Sequence record: LC739533.1
Strand: one strand, 5' to 3'
Length of the DNA stretch: 64,000 nt
Source: Escherichia phage phiWec179
The notes beneath the pieces were generated by a model, which ran no database searches, had not been told where the DNA came from, and saw only the letters and a list, made by a program, of their open reading frames with translations. This document shows, piece by piece, positions 1 through 9,958 of the stretch; the stretch's first letter is position 1; every line of letters starts with the position of its first letter. The position numbers and the translations under genes were made by a program.

Positions 1-1
1 T

Positions 2-598
2 ACGGTTATCGAAGCCGATGATGAATTAGAGAAGTACGGTTTCCAAGGCTACAAAGATTACAAACGCACAGGCAAATTCTCTTACATCCTGGCGTCAATA
101 GATAAAGACAGCCTATCCACTCCAAGCATCCTCTTTAACTTCTACAAAGAAGACGGTGTATTCAAGAATCCCGATATCATTCTGATAGACGAGTCCATTG
201 GAGATTTGTGGATTGTTGAGAAGGGCAAGAAAAAAGAGGTTAAGGGTTGGGGATCTTTCTGGTTGGCCTATCAGATGCTGATGGGAGATAAAACGGATAG
301 CATCCGTCCTTACCAGGATTTTGGTATTAAGTTTGGAGATGTTTCTTGTTTCAACTTGATATCTGAATGCAAGACCCAAGCTGAACTTTTCCAGAAAGTG
401 AAAGATACATTTTATACCTGGTTCCCTGAAGGTGTTAAATTTACATCTTGGGATGGGGAAGCAGTAGAATTAACAACCGATCAATGGATCGAGACAATAT
501 TCCAACTCGTTTACATGAAACGTTGGGATAACGATAACACAACTTTTGAGAGTATGCTTCAAGCGTACATTTCACAACAGGAGATAATTAATGAGTAA
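2..598 (+). CDS. hypothetical protein, 5' end outside window
   Basis: Frame stays open from window start to stop at 598 (track ORF 206..598 is its in-frame tail); no motif recognised. Confidence 0.45.
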   Translation, partial: TVIEADDELEKYGFQGYKDYKRTGKFSYILASIDKDSLSTPSILFNFYKEDGVFKNPDIILIDESIGDLWIVEKGKKKEVKGWGSFWLAYQMLMGDKTDSIRPYQDFGIKFGDVSCFNLISECKTQAELFQKVKDTFYTWFPEGVKFTSWDGEAVELTTDQWIETIFQLVYMKRWDNDNTTFESMLQAYISQQEIINE

Positions 599-1556
599 AT
601 TAACAACAGAGCAGAAAGTAGAAATCATTAGCCTTAAAACACAAGGTCTTTCTTCTCGCCAGATCGCTGCATTAGTTCTCGGTAGCGCGACAAAGAAAAG
701 CACAGTGAACGATTTCTTGGTTCGTGAAAACTCTGCCAATGCTGGAACTCCTAAAGTTAAACCAGAAGGTCCAGTAGTTAAAATTATTGACGTTGAAACA
801 GCACCAGAAATTGCGTATACTTTCCGTCGATTCAAAGCTTTTATCTCTCCTGATCAGGTGATTCGCCGTGGTTACTTGCTGTCCTACTCTTCCGCAGATC
901 TGCGTACTGCTGAAGTTGAAGGTAAGAACTTGGCAAGCTACCCTCTGTTCGATATTGATCACACAGACGATTGGGAACTGTGTCAAGACATTTGGAAGCT
1001 TCTGGATGAAGCTGATATCGTTGTAGCTCACAACGGTGTTAAATTTGACCGTGCTTATATTAACCAGCGTTTCGCATACCACGGAATGGTTCCTCCGTCG
1101 AACTATGTTGTGGTCGATACTCTGAAAGCGGCTAAGAAACAATTCTTCTTACCGTCTAATTCTCTGAAAGAGATGGGTGCTTACTTCGAAACAGAGAGCG
1201 AAAAACTTGATAACGAAGGGTTCCCATTGTGGAAGGCTTGTTGTGAAGGTGATCGTGATGCGTTTGAACGTATGCAAACTTACAACGATGGTGATGTAGT
1301 TTCTCTGCGAGATCTGTACATTAAGATTCTGGCATGGATTCCGCAACATCCTAACGTATCTGCTTACTACGAAGATACCAAAGTTCGTTGCTCTCGTTGT
1401 GGCAGTGCACATGTGAATGTACTGGCAGATAAGAAGTACCACACAGCAGTAAGTTCTTTTGATATTATTCGTTGTGAAGATTGTGGTGGACTTTCTCGTG
1501 GACGTGTTAACAGCCGTTCCAAAGATAAGATGAAAAACACCATTGTAGGGATTTAA
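591..1556 (+). CDS. DnaQ-like (DEDD) 3'-5' exonuclease with N-terminal HTH-like region and C-terminal zinc ribbon
   Basis: Exo motifs IDVETAPE (DxE), VVAHNGVKFD (H-N..FD), YNDGD; C-terminal CSRCGS..CEDCGG; RBS caggag before ATG. Confidence 0.7.
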   Translation: MSKLTTEQKVEIISLKTQGLSSRQIAALVLGSATKKSTVNDFLVRENSANAGTPKVKPEGPVVKIIDVETAPEIAYTFRRFKAFISPDQVIRRGYLLSYSSADLRTAEVEGKNLASYPLFDIDHTDDWELCQDIWKLLDEADIVVAHNGVKFDRAYINQRFAYHGMVPPSNYVVVDTLKAAKKQFFLPSNSLKEMGAYFETESEKLDNEGFPLWKACCEGDRDAFERMQTYNDGDVVSLRDLYIKILAWIPQHPNVSAYYEDTKVRCSRCGSAHVNVLADKKYHTAVSSFDIIRCEDCGGLSRGRVNSRSKDKMKNTIVGI

Positions 1557-1562
1557 TAAGAA

Positions 1563-1584
1563 AGGGGCTTCGGCCCCTTTTTTA
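1563..1584 (+). terminator. rho-independent terminator (GGGGC-TTCG-GCCCC + T6)
   Basis: Perfect 5-bp GC stem with TTCG tetraloop followed by TTTTTT directly after stop of exonuclease gene. Confidence 0.6.
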
Positions 1585-1593
1585 ATTTAAGTG

Positions 1594-1622
1594 TTGACAT
1601 AGAGAACCAAGTGCGATACAAT
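1594..1622 (+). promoter_or_regulatory. sigma70-type promoter TTGACA-17-TACAAT
   Basis: Consensus -35 at 1594-1599, 17-nt spacer, TACAAT at 1617-1622, about 40 nt upstream of ORF 1665. Confidence 0.6.
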
Positions 1623-1664
1623 CTTTATCAAGAAGGCATATCGCCTTAACAAGAGGAGACTATC

Positions 1665-2123
1665 ATGAGTAAGAATATTATTGTTTTTCGTAACGCTGCT
1701 GATTTCCGTAATTATGCCGCAGAATCTGGTCGTAACAATGCAGCCCGTGCTTTGTATCGTCAGTTCTTACGTTTAAATAATCTGGAGCGTAACGAGCTAA
1801 TCCAGGATTCCTCTGGTTTGACAGTAGGGAAAGATAACCGTCAACAAGTACTTATCGGAGGTTGCCTGTACGGTGTGTCTGTGAACGATAAAGGTGATTG
1901 TCGTCAGTACGACACTGACTATGTTGGTCTGATTAATATCTCCCCGACTACAGGCAGAGTTCTACTGGCATTCACTAACGATTTATCTTTACACAAGAAA
2001 CCAAACTTGATCCGCACAAAAGGAAACAATGCATCTTATAACGCTGCTCTTAGCAAAGATGCTTCTGTAGAGCTTGAAAACTTTAAAATCTGGGATAACA
2101 CCACTCCAGAACAAAATTACTAA
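1665..2123 (+). CDS. hypothetical protein
   Basis: 152-aa ORF with RBS gaggag; follows promoter. Confidence 0.6.
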   Translation: MSKNIIVFRNAADFRNYAAESGRNNAARALYRQFLRLNNLERNELIQDSSGLTVGKDNRQQVLIGGCLYGVSVNDKGDCRQYDTDYVGLINISPTTGRVLLAFTNDLSLHKKPNLIRTKGNNASYNAALSKDASVELENFKIWDNTTPEQNY

Positions 2124-2132
2124 GGAGGTTGA

Positions 2133-2360
2133 ATGAGCATTACATTAACAGGTAATGAAATTTTTGAATTATTTGAAATGTTGGGTATGAACTACTCAAT
2201 CGAAAAAGATCCAGAATTATTGGACGTTAGCATCACCGTCTTAGAAGACAAAGAACTTCTTGATGATAATGGTAACGTTATGTACAAAGGTCGTGTAGCT
2301 TTCTATACAGATTACCCTGAAGAGGGTGGAGTTGGAATCCAGGAGGAAAATTATGTCTAA
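2133..2360 (+). CDS. hypothetical protein
   Basis: 75-aa ORF, RBS aaggagg. Confidence 0.5.
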   Translation: MSITLTGNEIFELFEMLGMNYSIEKDPELLDVSITVLEDKELLDDNGNVMYKGRVAFYTDYPEEGGVGIQEENYV

Positions 2361-2751
2361 TGCATTTAATGATCAAGTTGACGGACACCATTACACAGAT
2401 ATGGTAATGCAACCTATAGAGTTGGCTTATCTTGTAGGTGGCACACCTTGTTTCTGCAAGCTTGCTAAATACTCTACTCGTGTCAAGGGTGATCGCATGA
2501 TCAACTTGGACAAAGCTATTCATTGCATCGCGCTGGAAGCTACCATGATGGAAAACCATAGTTTCATGGTACAGGAAAACTACCCAGCAGCCACAAGTAA
2601 GGCCAAAACTGATCAAGCCATGTTACTGATTGACTTCTTCACAAAAGATCCGTTAATCCGCGAAGCTTTGAAGTGTATGTATTGTTCTTACTACCAAGAT
2701 GCAATGATGGCTATCCGAAAACTTAAGGAACAAATTAGTAATGGCGAATAA
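2353..2751 (+). CDS. DUF3310-like phage protein
   Basis: Start moved to ATG 2353 (RBS aggagg); VDGHHYTD..QPIEL..KYSTRVKGDRMINLDKAIHCI resembles DUF3310 pattern (from memory). Confidence 0.45.
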   Translation: MSNAFNDQVDGHHYTDMVMQPIELAYLVGGTPCFCKLAKYSTRVKGDRMINLDKAIHCIALEATMMENHSFMVQENYPAATSKAKTDQAMLLIDFFTKDPLIREALKCMYCSYYQDAMMAIRKLKEQISNGE

Positions 2752-2932
2752 CACAAAACAGTACGGAGAAGGTGAGGTTTATAAAATTTATAACCGTAAA
2801 GGGGATAAGCTTTTAGTAACTATCACCATCCCAGAAAATATGTGCAAGGCAGGTTTGGATCGCCTGTTGTTCTTTAAACACAATATTCCACCTGGTGAAT
2901 ACACAATCAAGAAGGTGCCAATTGTCAAGTAA
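2741..2932 (+). CDS. hypothetical protein
   Basis: 63-aa ORF overlapping neighbours by a few nt. Confidence 0.45.
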   Translation: MANNTKQYGEGEVYKIYNRKGDKLLVTITIPENMCKAGLDRLLFFKHNIPPGEYTIKKVPIVK

Positions 2933-2945
2933 AGAACCAAAAATA

Positions 2946-3500
2946 ATGTGGGGCGAAGGAACGCCCTGGAAGTCACAAGCAGAGTTTTACACTTATCTTC
3001 GTGGCTGTCTTCGTCAGGCTTGGATGCGTCACCCTAACAAAATCAAACTCCTGAATGCAAAACGATACAAAGCGGATCGTCTTGACAAAGATGGTAAGGT
3101 GATGTTAGATAAGAAGACTGGCTTACCGAAACAGGTTTGGCATTGTTCTTGTGAAGTGTGCGGATACACTGGAGGTATGAAAGACTTCCAAGTGGATCAT
3201 ATCCATGCAGCAAAAAACTTGCAATGTTTTGATGACATTCCTATGTTCGTTCTACGTCTGATTTATGTCAATGTGGAAGACTTACGTATGGTTTGTAAAT
3301 CTTGTAACTCTATCTTAGCTTACGCTGACAAGCAGGGCATTTCTTTCGAACAAGCAAAAGTTGAGAAAGAAGCTATTGCGATCTGCAAAGATAAGCAAGA
3401 TAAGAAATGGTTAACGAAACGAGGTATCGAACCAGCAAGTACCGTAGCAAAACGAAGAGAACAAATAGTCAAAATCCTATTGCAGGAAATCGAAAGTTAG
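2946..3500 (+). CDS. HNH endonuclease-like protein
   Basis: CSCEVCG..VDHIHAAKN..CKSCN matches HNH CxxC/DH/N/CxxC arrangement; start taken at ATG 2946 rather than upstream GTG 2895. Confidence 0.6.
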   Translation: MWGEGTPWKSQAEFYTYLRGCLRQAWMRHPNKIKLLNAKRYKADRLDKDGKVMLDKKTGLPKQVWHCSCEVCGYTGGMKDFQVDHIHAAKNLQCFDDIPMFVLRLIYVNVEDLRMVCKSCNSILAYADKQGISFEQAKVEKEAIAICKDKQDKKWLTKRGIEPASTVAKRREQIVKILLQEIES

Positions 3501-3534
3501 GTTAATATAACAATACTGGAAGAGAGGAGGGATT

Positions 3535-4152
3535 ATGAAGATAGTTTGTGATTGGGATCTGGTGGTTGCTCCACTGGATGTTGCTTGGCTGGAATGGTTG
3601 GTTAAAGTTAGTGGAGATTGTGTAGGCTTCTCCGAAGCTGTCAAGAATGTTGACTACGATCTTACTAAATACTTCCCAGGTTTCCGTGAGAAGTTTAACA
3701 TCGATCCTTACGGCTTTCTGGATAATCCCCATCTCTATGACACGATGGGATGTATCAAACCTATGGCTGACTTCTTAGAAGGTATTGTGAAAGAGGGCGA
3801 TAATGCACTTATTGCAAGTGTGACTAAAGGTGGACACCTTAGCTCAAAACACAAACATGTTTTAAGAACTTTGCCAACCATTGATTTTGGTAAAGGTTCT
3901 GGTAACGGTTTCTTTGCCACAAAAGAAAAATACCTGTTGCCTTGTGATATTGCCATAGATGATAGGGCAGAAAACCTGTTGTATTTTCCAGATCATGTTG
4001 TTAAGATTTATTACAATACGATGTATAAAGATTTGTATTTGGAAGAATTAAAAAAGAAACCAAACGTAGTTGTCACGGGTTTGTACAATCAAGCAGAAAC
4101 CTGTTGGCAGGTTTATTCAATGTTAAAAGAACGAGGAGAAATTAATGTCTAA
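3535..4152 (+). CDS. HAD-superfamily 5'(3')-deoxyribonucleotidase-like protein
   Basis: N-terminal CDWDLVV (DxDxV HAD motif I); RBS agaggagg; sits in nucleotide-metabolism cluster. Confidence 0.5.
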   Translation: MKIVCDWDLVVAPLDVAWLEWLVKVSGDCVGFSEAVKNVDYDLTKYFPGFREKFNIDPYGFLDNPHLYDTMGCIKPMADFLEGIVKEGDNALIASVTKGGHLSSKHKHVLRTLPTIDFGKGSGNGFFATKEKYLLPCDIAIDDRAENLLYFPDHVVKIYYNTMYKDLYLEELKKKPNVVVTGLYNQAETCWQVYSMLKERGEINV

Positions 4153-5134
4153 TATCAGTGCACAAGTCATCGCCCAATCCATCAACGAAGAAGGACAGAT
4201 GATCACAACTTTCGAACTGGAATATCCACGCATCATCCATTCGGAACTGATGACACACCGCCTATTCTCCCGAAACGCTGCTTCAAGCCGCGCTATTCCC
4301 GTCAAGACTTTGATTGAGATGGTTCGCAACGAACCTGCGGCACCTGTTCGATTTGGTCAACACCAACCTGGGATGCAGGATCAAGGTGTAGAGTATGATG
4401 CTCTCATTGGGGTAGGTTATTCGAGTCGTGAGTGGTGGAATTTAGCTGCACTTAGTGCGGCAAACTTTGCAGAACAAATGGCGGAAGCTGGTTACGCGAA
4501 GCAGGTTTGTAATCGCCTTCTTGAACCATTCCAAAAAATGAAGACGGTTCTGACAGCAACCGAATATGAAAACTTCTGGTGGCTACGTGATGATGCTGAT
4601 GCTGATCCGACTATTGAAGCTTTAGCCAAAATTATGTTTGAAGCCTATGAAGCTTCTACTCCAGAACTACTGGCTCCAGGTCAATGGCATACGCCTTACG
4701 TAGATCATGTCTACGAGAACATTGGTTTGGAAGGTGATGATGTTTGGGTATTCAGTGGGTATAGCACTACAGATGAAAATGGCAATACTATCATGCTGTC
4801 GCTGGAAGAAGCACTTGCAATCTCTTCTTCTTGTTGCGCACAAGTGAGCTATCGTCGTCTGAATGCAACTAAAGATAAAGCTTTGGACATTTATGGACGT
4901 TTGCTTACCGGACGTAAAGTTCACGCTTCCCCTTTTGAACATCAGGCAACCCCAATGAAAAAAATGGATTTGTCAGGCTTAAAACGACAGGAGCATGGTG
5001 TTAATATTCCTCCGTTCCCGATTTCTTGGGAACCAGGCGTTACTCATGTAGATCGTAATGGTCAATTCTGGTCGGGGAATATGAAGGGTTGGGTACAACA
5101 TCGTCAACTTTTAGACAATCATACTAAATGGTGA
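4145..5134 (+). CDS. ThyX-like (flavin-dependent thymidylate synthase family) protein
   Basis: ELMTHRLFSRNAASSRAIP resembles ThyX RHR-x7-S-x-R motif but with T in place of first R; 329 aa. Confidence 0.6.
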   Translation: MSNISAQVIAQSINEEGQMITTFELEYPRIIHSELMTHRLFSRNAASSRAIPVKTLIEMVRNEPAAPVRFGQHQPGMQDQGVEYDALIGVGYSSREWWNLAALSAANFAEQMAEAGYAKQVCNRLLEPFQKMKTVLTATEYENFWWLRDDADADPTIEALAKIMFEAYEASTPELLAPGQWHTPYVDHVYENIGLEGDDVWVFSGYSTTDENGNTIMLSLEEALAISSSCCAQVSYRRLNATKDKALDIYGRLLTGRKVHASPFEHQATPMKKMDLSGLKRQEHGVNIPPFPISWEPGVTHVDRNGQFWSGNMKGWVQHRQLLDNHTKW

Positions 5135-5230
5135 TTCGAGTAAATTCTTATTGACTTTAGTGTTAGATTTAGTGTAGTATAGCAAAACGTTGGGGGAGGT
5201 GAGATTCCCCCTTTATAAAAGGAGAAAATT

Positions 5231-5641
5231 ATGTCATTAGTAAACACTACCACTTGGGCTACCGTGAGCATGTCTACCGTTAAGTCTACCCCGATCTGGA
5301 AGCAAGAGTCAGAAAAATACCGTGGTCATATTCCTCACGATCGTCACGCAGATGTACTTCGTGCCGCTCTGGTGTTCCTTGGTATGAACGAAGATGGCAA
5401 CTTCTCTGTTGAACGTAATGTTAACATTCGTAGTAACAACGACAACAGTTTGGTTTATATCAACACAACTCTTTATACTTTTGCTGTTAAAGAAAGCTGT
5501 CCTTTCAAACATATCTACCAAAAGAATGATATTTTTCATTACGGAGATGAAGAGTTTGGCGGTTGGGGTGTGACCCACACAAAAATGGATGATTTCGGTA
5601 ATTCCTATGATCCTGCGAGAGCAGAAGATAATTCACTTTAA
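5231..5641 (+). CDS. hypothetical protein
   Basis: 136-aa ORF, RBS aaggag. Confidence 0.55.
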   Translation: MSLVNTTTWATVSMSTVKSTPIWKQESEKYRGHIPHDRHADVLRAALVFLGMNEDGNFSVERNVNIRSNNDNSLVYINTTLYTFAVKESCPFKHIYQKNDIFHYGDEEFGGWGVTHTKMDDFGNSYDPARAEDNSL

Positions 5642-5651
5642 GAGAGGGATA

Positions 5652-5897
5652 ATGACCGATAATAAATACGAAGGCTGTGAGATTGAAGTTTACTTTGATG
5701 AGACAGTAGGCTGTAATGTTACAGTTATTTTAGATACTTCCAAACGCTTATCACCAAAACGACAGGAAGCAGATCGCAAAGCTAAAGCGAAAGGTTTCCA
5801 TGATATAAATCATTTTGAAGGGTTCCTTTATGCGAACGGGCTGTTTAACGAAATGAAATTTGGATACGATGTAGACGTGCTTGGGATTCATAGTTAA
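5652..5897 (+). CDS. hypothetical protein
   Basis: Start taken at ATG 5652 (RBS agagaggga) instead of overlapping 5589. Confidence 0.5.
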   Translation: MTDNKYEGCEIEVYFDETVGCNVTVILDTSKRLSPKRQEADRKAKAKGFHDINHFEGFLYANGLFNEMKFGYDVDVLGIHS

Positions 5898-5911
5898 TAT
5901 AGGGAGGAGAA

Positions 5912-8152
5912 GTGATTCGATACGTTACTAAATCAAATGGTAAGACAGAAGAGTTCAATCCTGAAAAACTGCGTAAATGGTCTGAATTTGCAGCAGGGAA
6001 ACTGAACTGGTCGGAAATTGAATTAGAAGCTGTGAAACGTTGTTACGATGGTGTGTCTACTCGTGATTTACATAAAGCTATGATCGCTGCGTGTATTGAT
6101 AAGAAGACTCAAGCGTACAGTGATATGGCAGGTCGATTGCTTCTCGGTATGATTTACAAACAGGCTCACGGGGGATACCACAGTATCCCTTCCCTGTACA
6201 CTTTCTACCAAGATATGGTGAAGCGTGGACATTGGGCCAAGATGGACTATACCGAAGAAGAAATCAAAGAGATTGGTAAGATTGTCAAACATAACAAGAA
6301 TCTAACCTACGGTTATTCTGTTCTTCGTCAGATGGCGGATAAATACTTGGTTCGTGATGCTGTGAATGATGTTGTTCACGAGTCACCGCAATTCCTGTTT
6401 ATTGGTGTGGCAATGCGTGTTATGGAGATCCAGCCTAAAGATCGTCGTATCAACGATATCAAAAAGCTGTACACATACGTAAGTGATCTTCAGATTAACT
6501 TACCATCTCCTTATCTGACAACGTTACGTACTCCGATCAAAGGTAGCGCGTCTTGTTGTTTATTCCGTGCAGACGATACAGCAGAGTCTTTGGCTATTGC
6601 AAACTATCTGGCACACGAATATACGTTGAATAATGCAGGGATTGGTGTTAACCTCCAAACTCGTGCAACTGGACAGGGTGTTAAGAACAACCGTATCGTT
6701 CATGGTGGTCTTCTCCCTTACCTCAAGTGGATGGAAGATAGCGTAGGAGCTTCTAAACAAGCGAGTCGTGGAGGTAGTGCAACGGTTACGTTCACAATCT
6801 TGGAGCCAGATTTTGAAGATCTGATTCGACTGAAGAACCCAACCACTCCGATCGATAAGCGTGTTGATAAGCTGGATTACTCTGTTGTTGTAAACCGCTC
6901 CTTCCTTCGCCGTGCGGCTAAAGGTGAAGAGTGGATGCTTGTGAGCTGTGACGAAGCACCGGAACTTTACGAAGCATTGTACAAAAGTGAAGAAGAGTTC
7001 GATGCGGTCTACGATAAAGTTAGTCGCCGTCGCATCAAAAAGAAAATTGTTAAGGCTCGTGACCTGTTGACTGAAATCATTGTTCAACGTGCAGAAACTG
7101 GACGTATTTATATGTTCTTCGCTGACAACGTAAACAATCACAGTCCTTTCCTGGATACTGTGTATCAGTCAAACTTATGTCAGGAGATCTTTTTACCTAC
7201 TAAAGCGTTCCATAAAATGACGGATCTCTTTACTGGTGAAAACACAGAAGATCAAGAATTGGCTTTATGCTTCTTGTCCTCTATTGTTGCTGGGCGCGTT
7301 ACGCCGGAGCAATATGAAGATGTTGCGTATTATACTGTATTGACGATTGATAACGTTATTGAGACGATGGAATATCCGTTCAAACATAACGAGATCACAG
7401 CTAAGGCTCGCCGCTCTATCGGCGTAGGTATTACAAACCTTGCACATTACTTGGCAAGCAACTTTGTAACCTATTCTGATCCTTATGCGAAGAAGCTGAT
7501 GCATGAATTAGCAGAACGTCATTACTTCTGGTTGGCACAAGCCTCTCTGCGCTTGGCGAAAGAGAAAGGTAATGCCGAGTGGATGGATAAAACTAAGTGG
7601 CCTCAAGGTTGGCTCCCTATTGACACCTACGCTAAAGCAGTAGATACTATTGGGGACTTTGAACTGAAGCTGGATTGGGAAGGCTTACGTGCTGGTATCA
7701 TTGAACAAGGTGGTATCCGTAACAGTGTGCTTGCAGCAGTGGCCCCGAACGAATCAAGTAGCTTGGTGAGTAATACGACCAACTCACTCTACCCTGTACG
7801 TGACACGATCATGTACAAACAGAGTCAGAAAGGTAACGTACTGTTTATCGTACCAGATTACGAAAAACTGAAAATGTTCTATCAGTCGGCGTGGGATACC
7901 CCGTCTAAAGATATTGCCGAGATGTATGGACTCTTCACTAAGTTTACGGATCAGGGTATCTCCTGTGATGCTTGGTTAGATTATTCCAAAATGGAAGGTG
8001 GACGTTTATCAGTGAAAGCCGAGATGCAATTTATCTTAACATTTGCAAAGCTTGGTGGTAAATCTCTTTACTACCTGAACAGCCGAACCAAATCAGCGGA
8101 ATCTATGGCCCAAGAAGATTCTGATGGTGGTTGTGAAGCTTGTAAAATGTAG
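5912..8152 (+). CDS. nrdA: ribonucleoside-diphosphate reductase large subunit (class Ia)
   Basis: 746 aa; N-terminal ATP-cone-like VTKSNGKTEEFNPEKL; length and conserved blocks typical of NrdA; GTG start with RBS agggaggag. Confidence 0.9.
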   Translation: MIRYVTKSNGKTEEFNPEKLRKWSEFAAGKLNWSEIELEAVKRCYDGVSTRDLHKAMIAACIDKKTQAYSDMAGRLLLGMIYKQAHGGYHSIPSLYTFYQDMVKRGHWAKMDYTEEEIKEIGKIVKHNKNLTYGYSVLRQMADKYLVRDAVNDVVHESPQFLFIGVAMRVMEIQPKDRRINDIKKLYTYVSDLQINLPSPYLTTLRTPIKGSASCCLFRADDTAESLAIANYLAHEYTLNNAGIGVNLQTRATGQGVKNNRIVHGGLLPYLKWMEDSVGASKQASRGGSATVTFTILEPDFEDLIRLKNPTTPIDKRVDKLDYSVVVNRSFLRRAAKGEEWMLVSCDEAPELYEALYKSEEEFDAVYDKVSRRRIKKKIVKARDLLTEIIVQRAETGRIYMFFADNVNNHSPFLDTVYQSNLCQEIFLPTKAFHKMTDLFTGENTEDQELALCFLSSIVAGRVTPEQYEDVAYYTVLTIDNVIETMEYPFKHNEITAKARRSIGVGITNLAHYLASNFVTYSDPYAKKLMHELAERHYFWLAQASLRLAKEKGNAEWMDKTKWPQGWLPIDTYAKAVDTIGDFELKLDWEGLRAGIIEQGGIRNSVLAAVAPNESSSLVSNTTNSLYPVRDTIMYKQSQKGNVLFIVPDYEKLKMFYQSAWDTPSKDIAEMYGLFTKFTDQGISCDAWLDYSKMEGGRLSVKAEMQFILTFAKLGGKSLYYLNSRTKSAESMAQEDSDGGCEACKM

Positions 8153-8158
8153 CAATAC

Positions 8159-8180
8159 AGGGGCTTCGGCCCCTTTTTTA
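8159..8180 (+). terminator. rho-independent terminator (GGGGC-TTCG-GCCCC + T6)
   Basis: Same hairpin as at 1563, immediately after nrdA stop. Confidence 0.55.
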
Positions 8181-8193
8181 TTGAGGAGCGATT

Positions 8194-8532
8194 ATGAGCA
8201 CACTTATAGTTTTACCTGGAGTAACCCCAATCTACCGACCTGGGTTTAAGCCTCTGTTGCTTTGCCCTGAAGATTTCACCCCTACTTGGTGTCACCATTA
8301 TCTTGGTGGACGTGAAATAGCTAACATGCAGATTTGGGAATCTTTTTATCCAGAAGCCACGGCTTACGCAATAACAAGAGCAAGAAGTGAAGAAACAGTG
8401 ACTGTTATACTTGGTAGAAGCGTATGGGAAGCATTAGAAGGTTTCTACCGGAGTAATGGTTTTGAGGAACAAGATATTTTAAACTTAAAAGGTTTTTGTG
8501 AAATAGTGGAGGATTTAAATGGCAGCAATTAA
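8194..8532 (+). CDS. hypothetical protein
   Basis: 112-aa ORF between nrdA and nrdB. Confidence 0.5.
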   Translation: MSTLIVLPGVTPIYRPGFKPLLLCPEDFTPTWCHHYLGGREIANMQIWESFYPEATAYAITRARSEETVTVILGRSVWEALEGFYRSNGFEEQDILNLKGFCEIVEDLNGSN

Positions 8533-9604
8533 TTTACATAATGAGACTTACAAAACAGGTAAATATCCGGTATTCATGGGTGAGCAATTGGGGATCTTTG
8601 ACTCAATTAATGTGACGTATCCTGAAATGCACCGTCTGTATAAACTTCAGAAAGCCCAAGATTGGGATGAGAATGAAGTGGATCTTAGTCAGACCCGTAA
8701 AGACTTTGTAGCGTGTTCAAAAAACAACTACGATGTTATGATCAAGAACTTGTCGTTCCAGTGGGAGAATGATTCTCTGGCAAAATCCATCATCACTTTG
8801 TTCTCTCCGTTTTTGAGCAACAATGAAGCATGTGCTATGATGATGAAGCAGAGTGAGATGGAAGTGCTTCACGCTCTAACTTACTCGGAGATTGTTCGCC
8901 AGTGTACTCCAAACCCTGTAGAAGTTATTGATCAGATTATGGAGAACGACAAGATCTTCAACCGTATGGGTATCATTGCAGAGATCATGGGAGAGTTGGA
9001 AGAAGCAGGTCACAAATATGCACTTGGTCTGATTGAAGCTGATGATAAACTACGTTTGCTGGTCATGAAAGGTCTGGTAGCCCTGATTGGTCTGGAAGGT
9101 ATCCAGTTTATCTCTTCTTTCTCGGCAACGTTCGCCTTGGCAGAACAGCAACTGTTTGTAGGTGCTTGTAAGCTGATTCAGAAAATCATGTTGGATGAAA
9201 TCCTGCATGTTAAAATGGACTATGCTGTCATTGATGCTCTGATGCAAGATCCTGTGTGGAAGAAGATCTACGAAGATAACATCGAAGAACTTACAACTAT
9301 TCTGGATACAGTTATCGCTCAAGAAGAGCAGTGGTGTGATTATCTGTTTAGCGAAGGACGTTTTATCGTTGGGCTGAATGCTGAACTGTCCCGTCAATGG
9401 GTGTACTTCAATGCGGCTCCAATTTATCGTCGTTTGAAGATGAAGCACAGCTTTAAATCTCCTAAACAGAACCCACTACCTTGGATGGACATTTGGTTAA
9501 ACCCAGATCAGATTCAAGCAGCGGCGCAAGAGATCCAAGTTACAGCTTACAAACTGAACTCGGCTAACAAAGATGTTTCTGATGATATGGAGTTTGACTT
9601 CTAA
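8519..9604 (+). CDS. nrdB: ribonucleoside-diphosphate reductase small subunit
   Basis: 361 aa with diiron-carboxylate NrdB-like blocks (EVLHALTYSEIVRQ), C-terminal acidic tail; RBS gtggagga. Confidence 0.9.
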   Translation: MAAINLHNETYKTGKYPVFMGEQLGIFDSINVTYPEMHRLYKLQKAQDWDENEVDLSQTRKDFVACSKNNYDVMIKNLSFQWENDSLAKSIITLFSPFLSNNEACAMMMKQSEMEVLHALTYSEIVRQCTPNPVEVIDQIMENDKIFNRMGIIAEIMGELEEAGHKYALGLIEADDKLRLLVMKGLVALIGLEGIQFISSFSATFALAEQQLFVGACKLIQKIMLDEILHVKMDYAVIDALMQDPVWKKIYEDNIEELTTILDTVIAQEEQWCDYLFSEGRFIVGLNAELSRQWVYFNAAPIYRRLKMKHSFKSPKQNPLPWMDIWLNPDQIQAAAQEIQVTAYKLNSANKDVSDDMEFDF

Positions 9605-9822
9605 TGAAACTTAAATGTGTAGGATTGATCGACACATTCAAAGACGTATTTGACAAAGGGGCTTCCTATGAAGCCTCGGAGTTAAAGAACGGTTTTTGTG
9701 ATGTGCATGGTAAACGTCTTAAGAAAAACGGAGAACCTTGGCTTGGTGTTATGTCTTGTGGTCATATTGTGGTTAACGGTGTTGCAAAGTTTGAAATCGT
9801 AAAGGAGGAAGATAATGAGTGA
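9604..9822 (+). CDS. hypothetical protein
   Basis: 72-aa ORF with ATGA overlap to nrdB stop. Confidence 0.5.
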   Translation: MKLKCVGLIDTFKDVFDKGASYEASELKNGFCDVHGKRLKKNGEPWLGVMSCGHIVVNGVAKFEIVKEEDNE

Positions 9823-9958
9823 GTTTAGTTTTTGCCCTATTTGTGGTGGTACAGGTAATGCCTTAATTAGTGCGGAGCAGTACAGCCCGTGTTGGCATTG
9901 TTCTGGTAGTGGTTTGGTAGTTGAAGAAAACAAAGAGGAGGAAAAAGATGGGGATTGA
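9815..9958 (+). CDS. small zinc-ribbon protein (47 aa)
   Basis: Not in track (<60 aa); MSEFSFCPICGG..CWHCSG with two CxxC pairs; strong RBS aaaggagg 7 nt upstream. Confidence 0.4.
   Translation: MSEFSFCPICGGTGNALISAEQYSPCWHCSGSGLVVEENKEEEKDGD

Noticed and set aside
672-1142. Long antisense ORFs overlapping well-supported genes (for example 672..1142 -, 6560..7141 -, 16148..16486 -, 61107..61580 +)
   Set aside because: They fall entirely within confidently called genes on the opposite strand, lack RBSs and have low-complexity translations; typical shadow ORFs.
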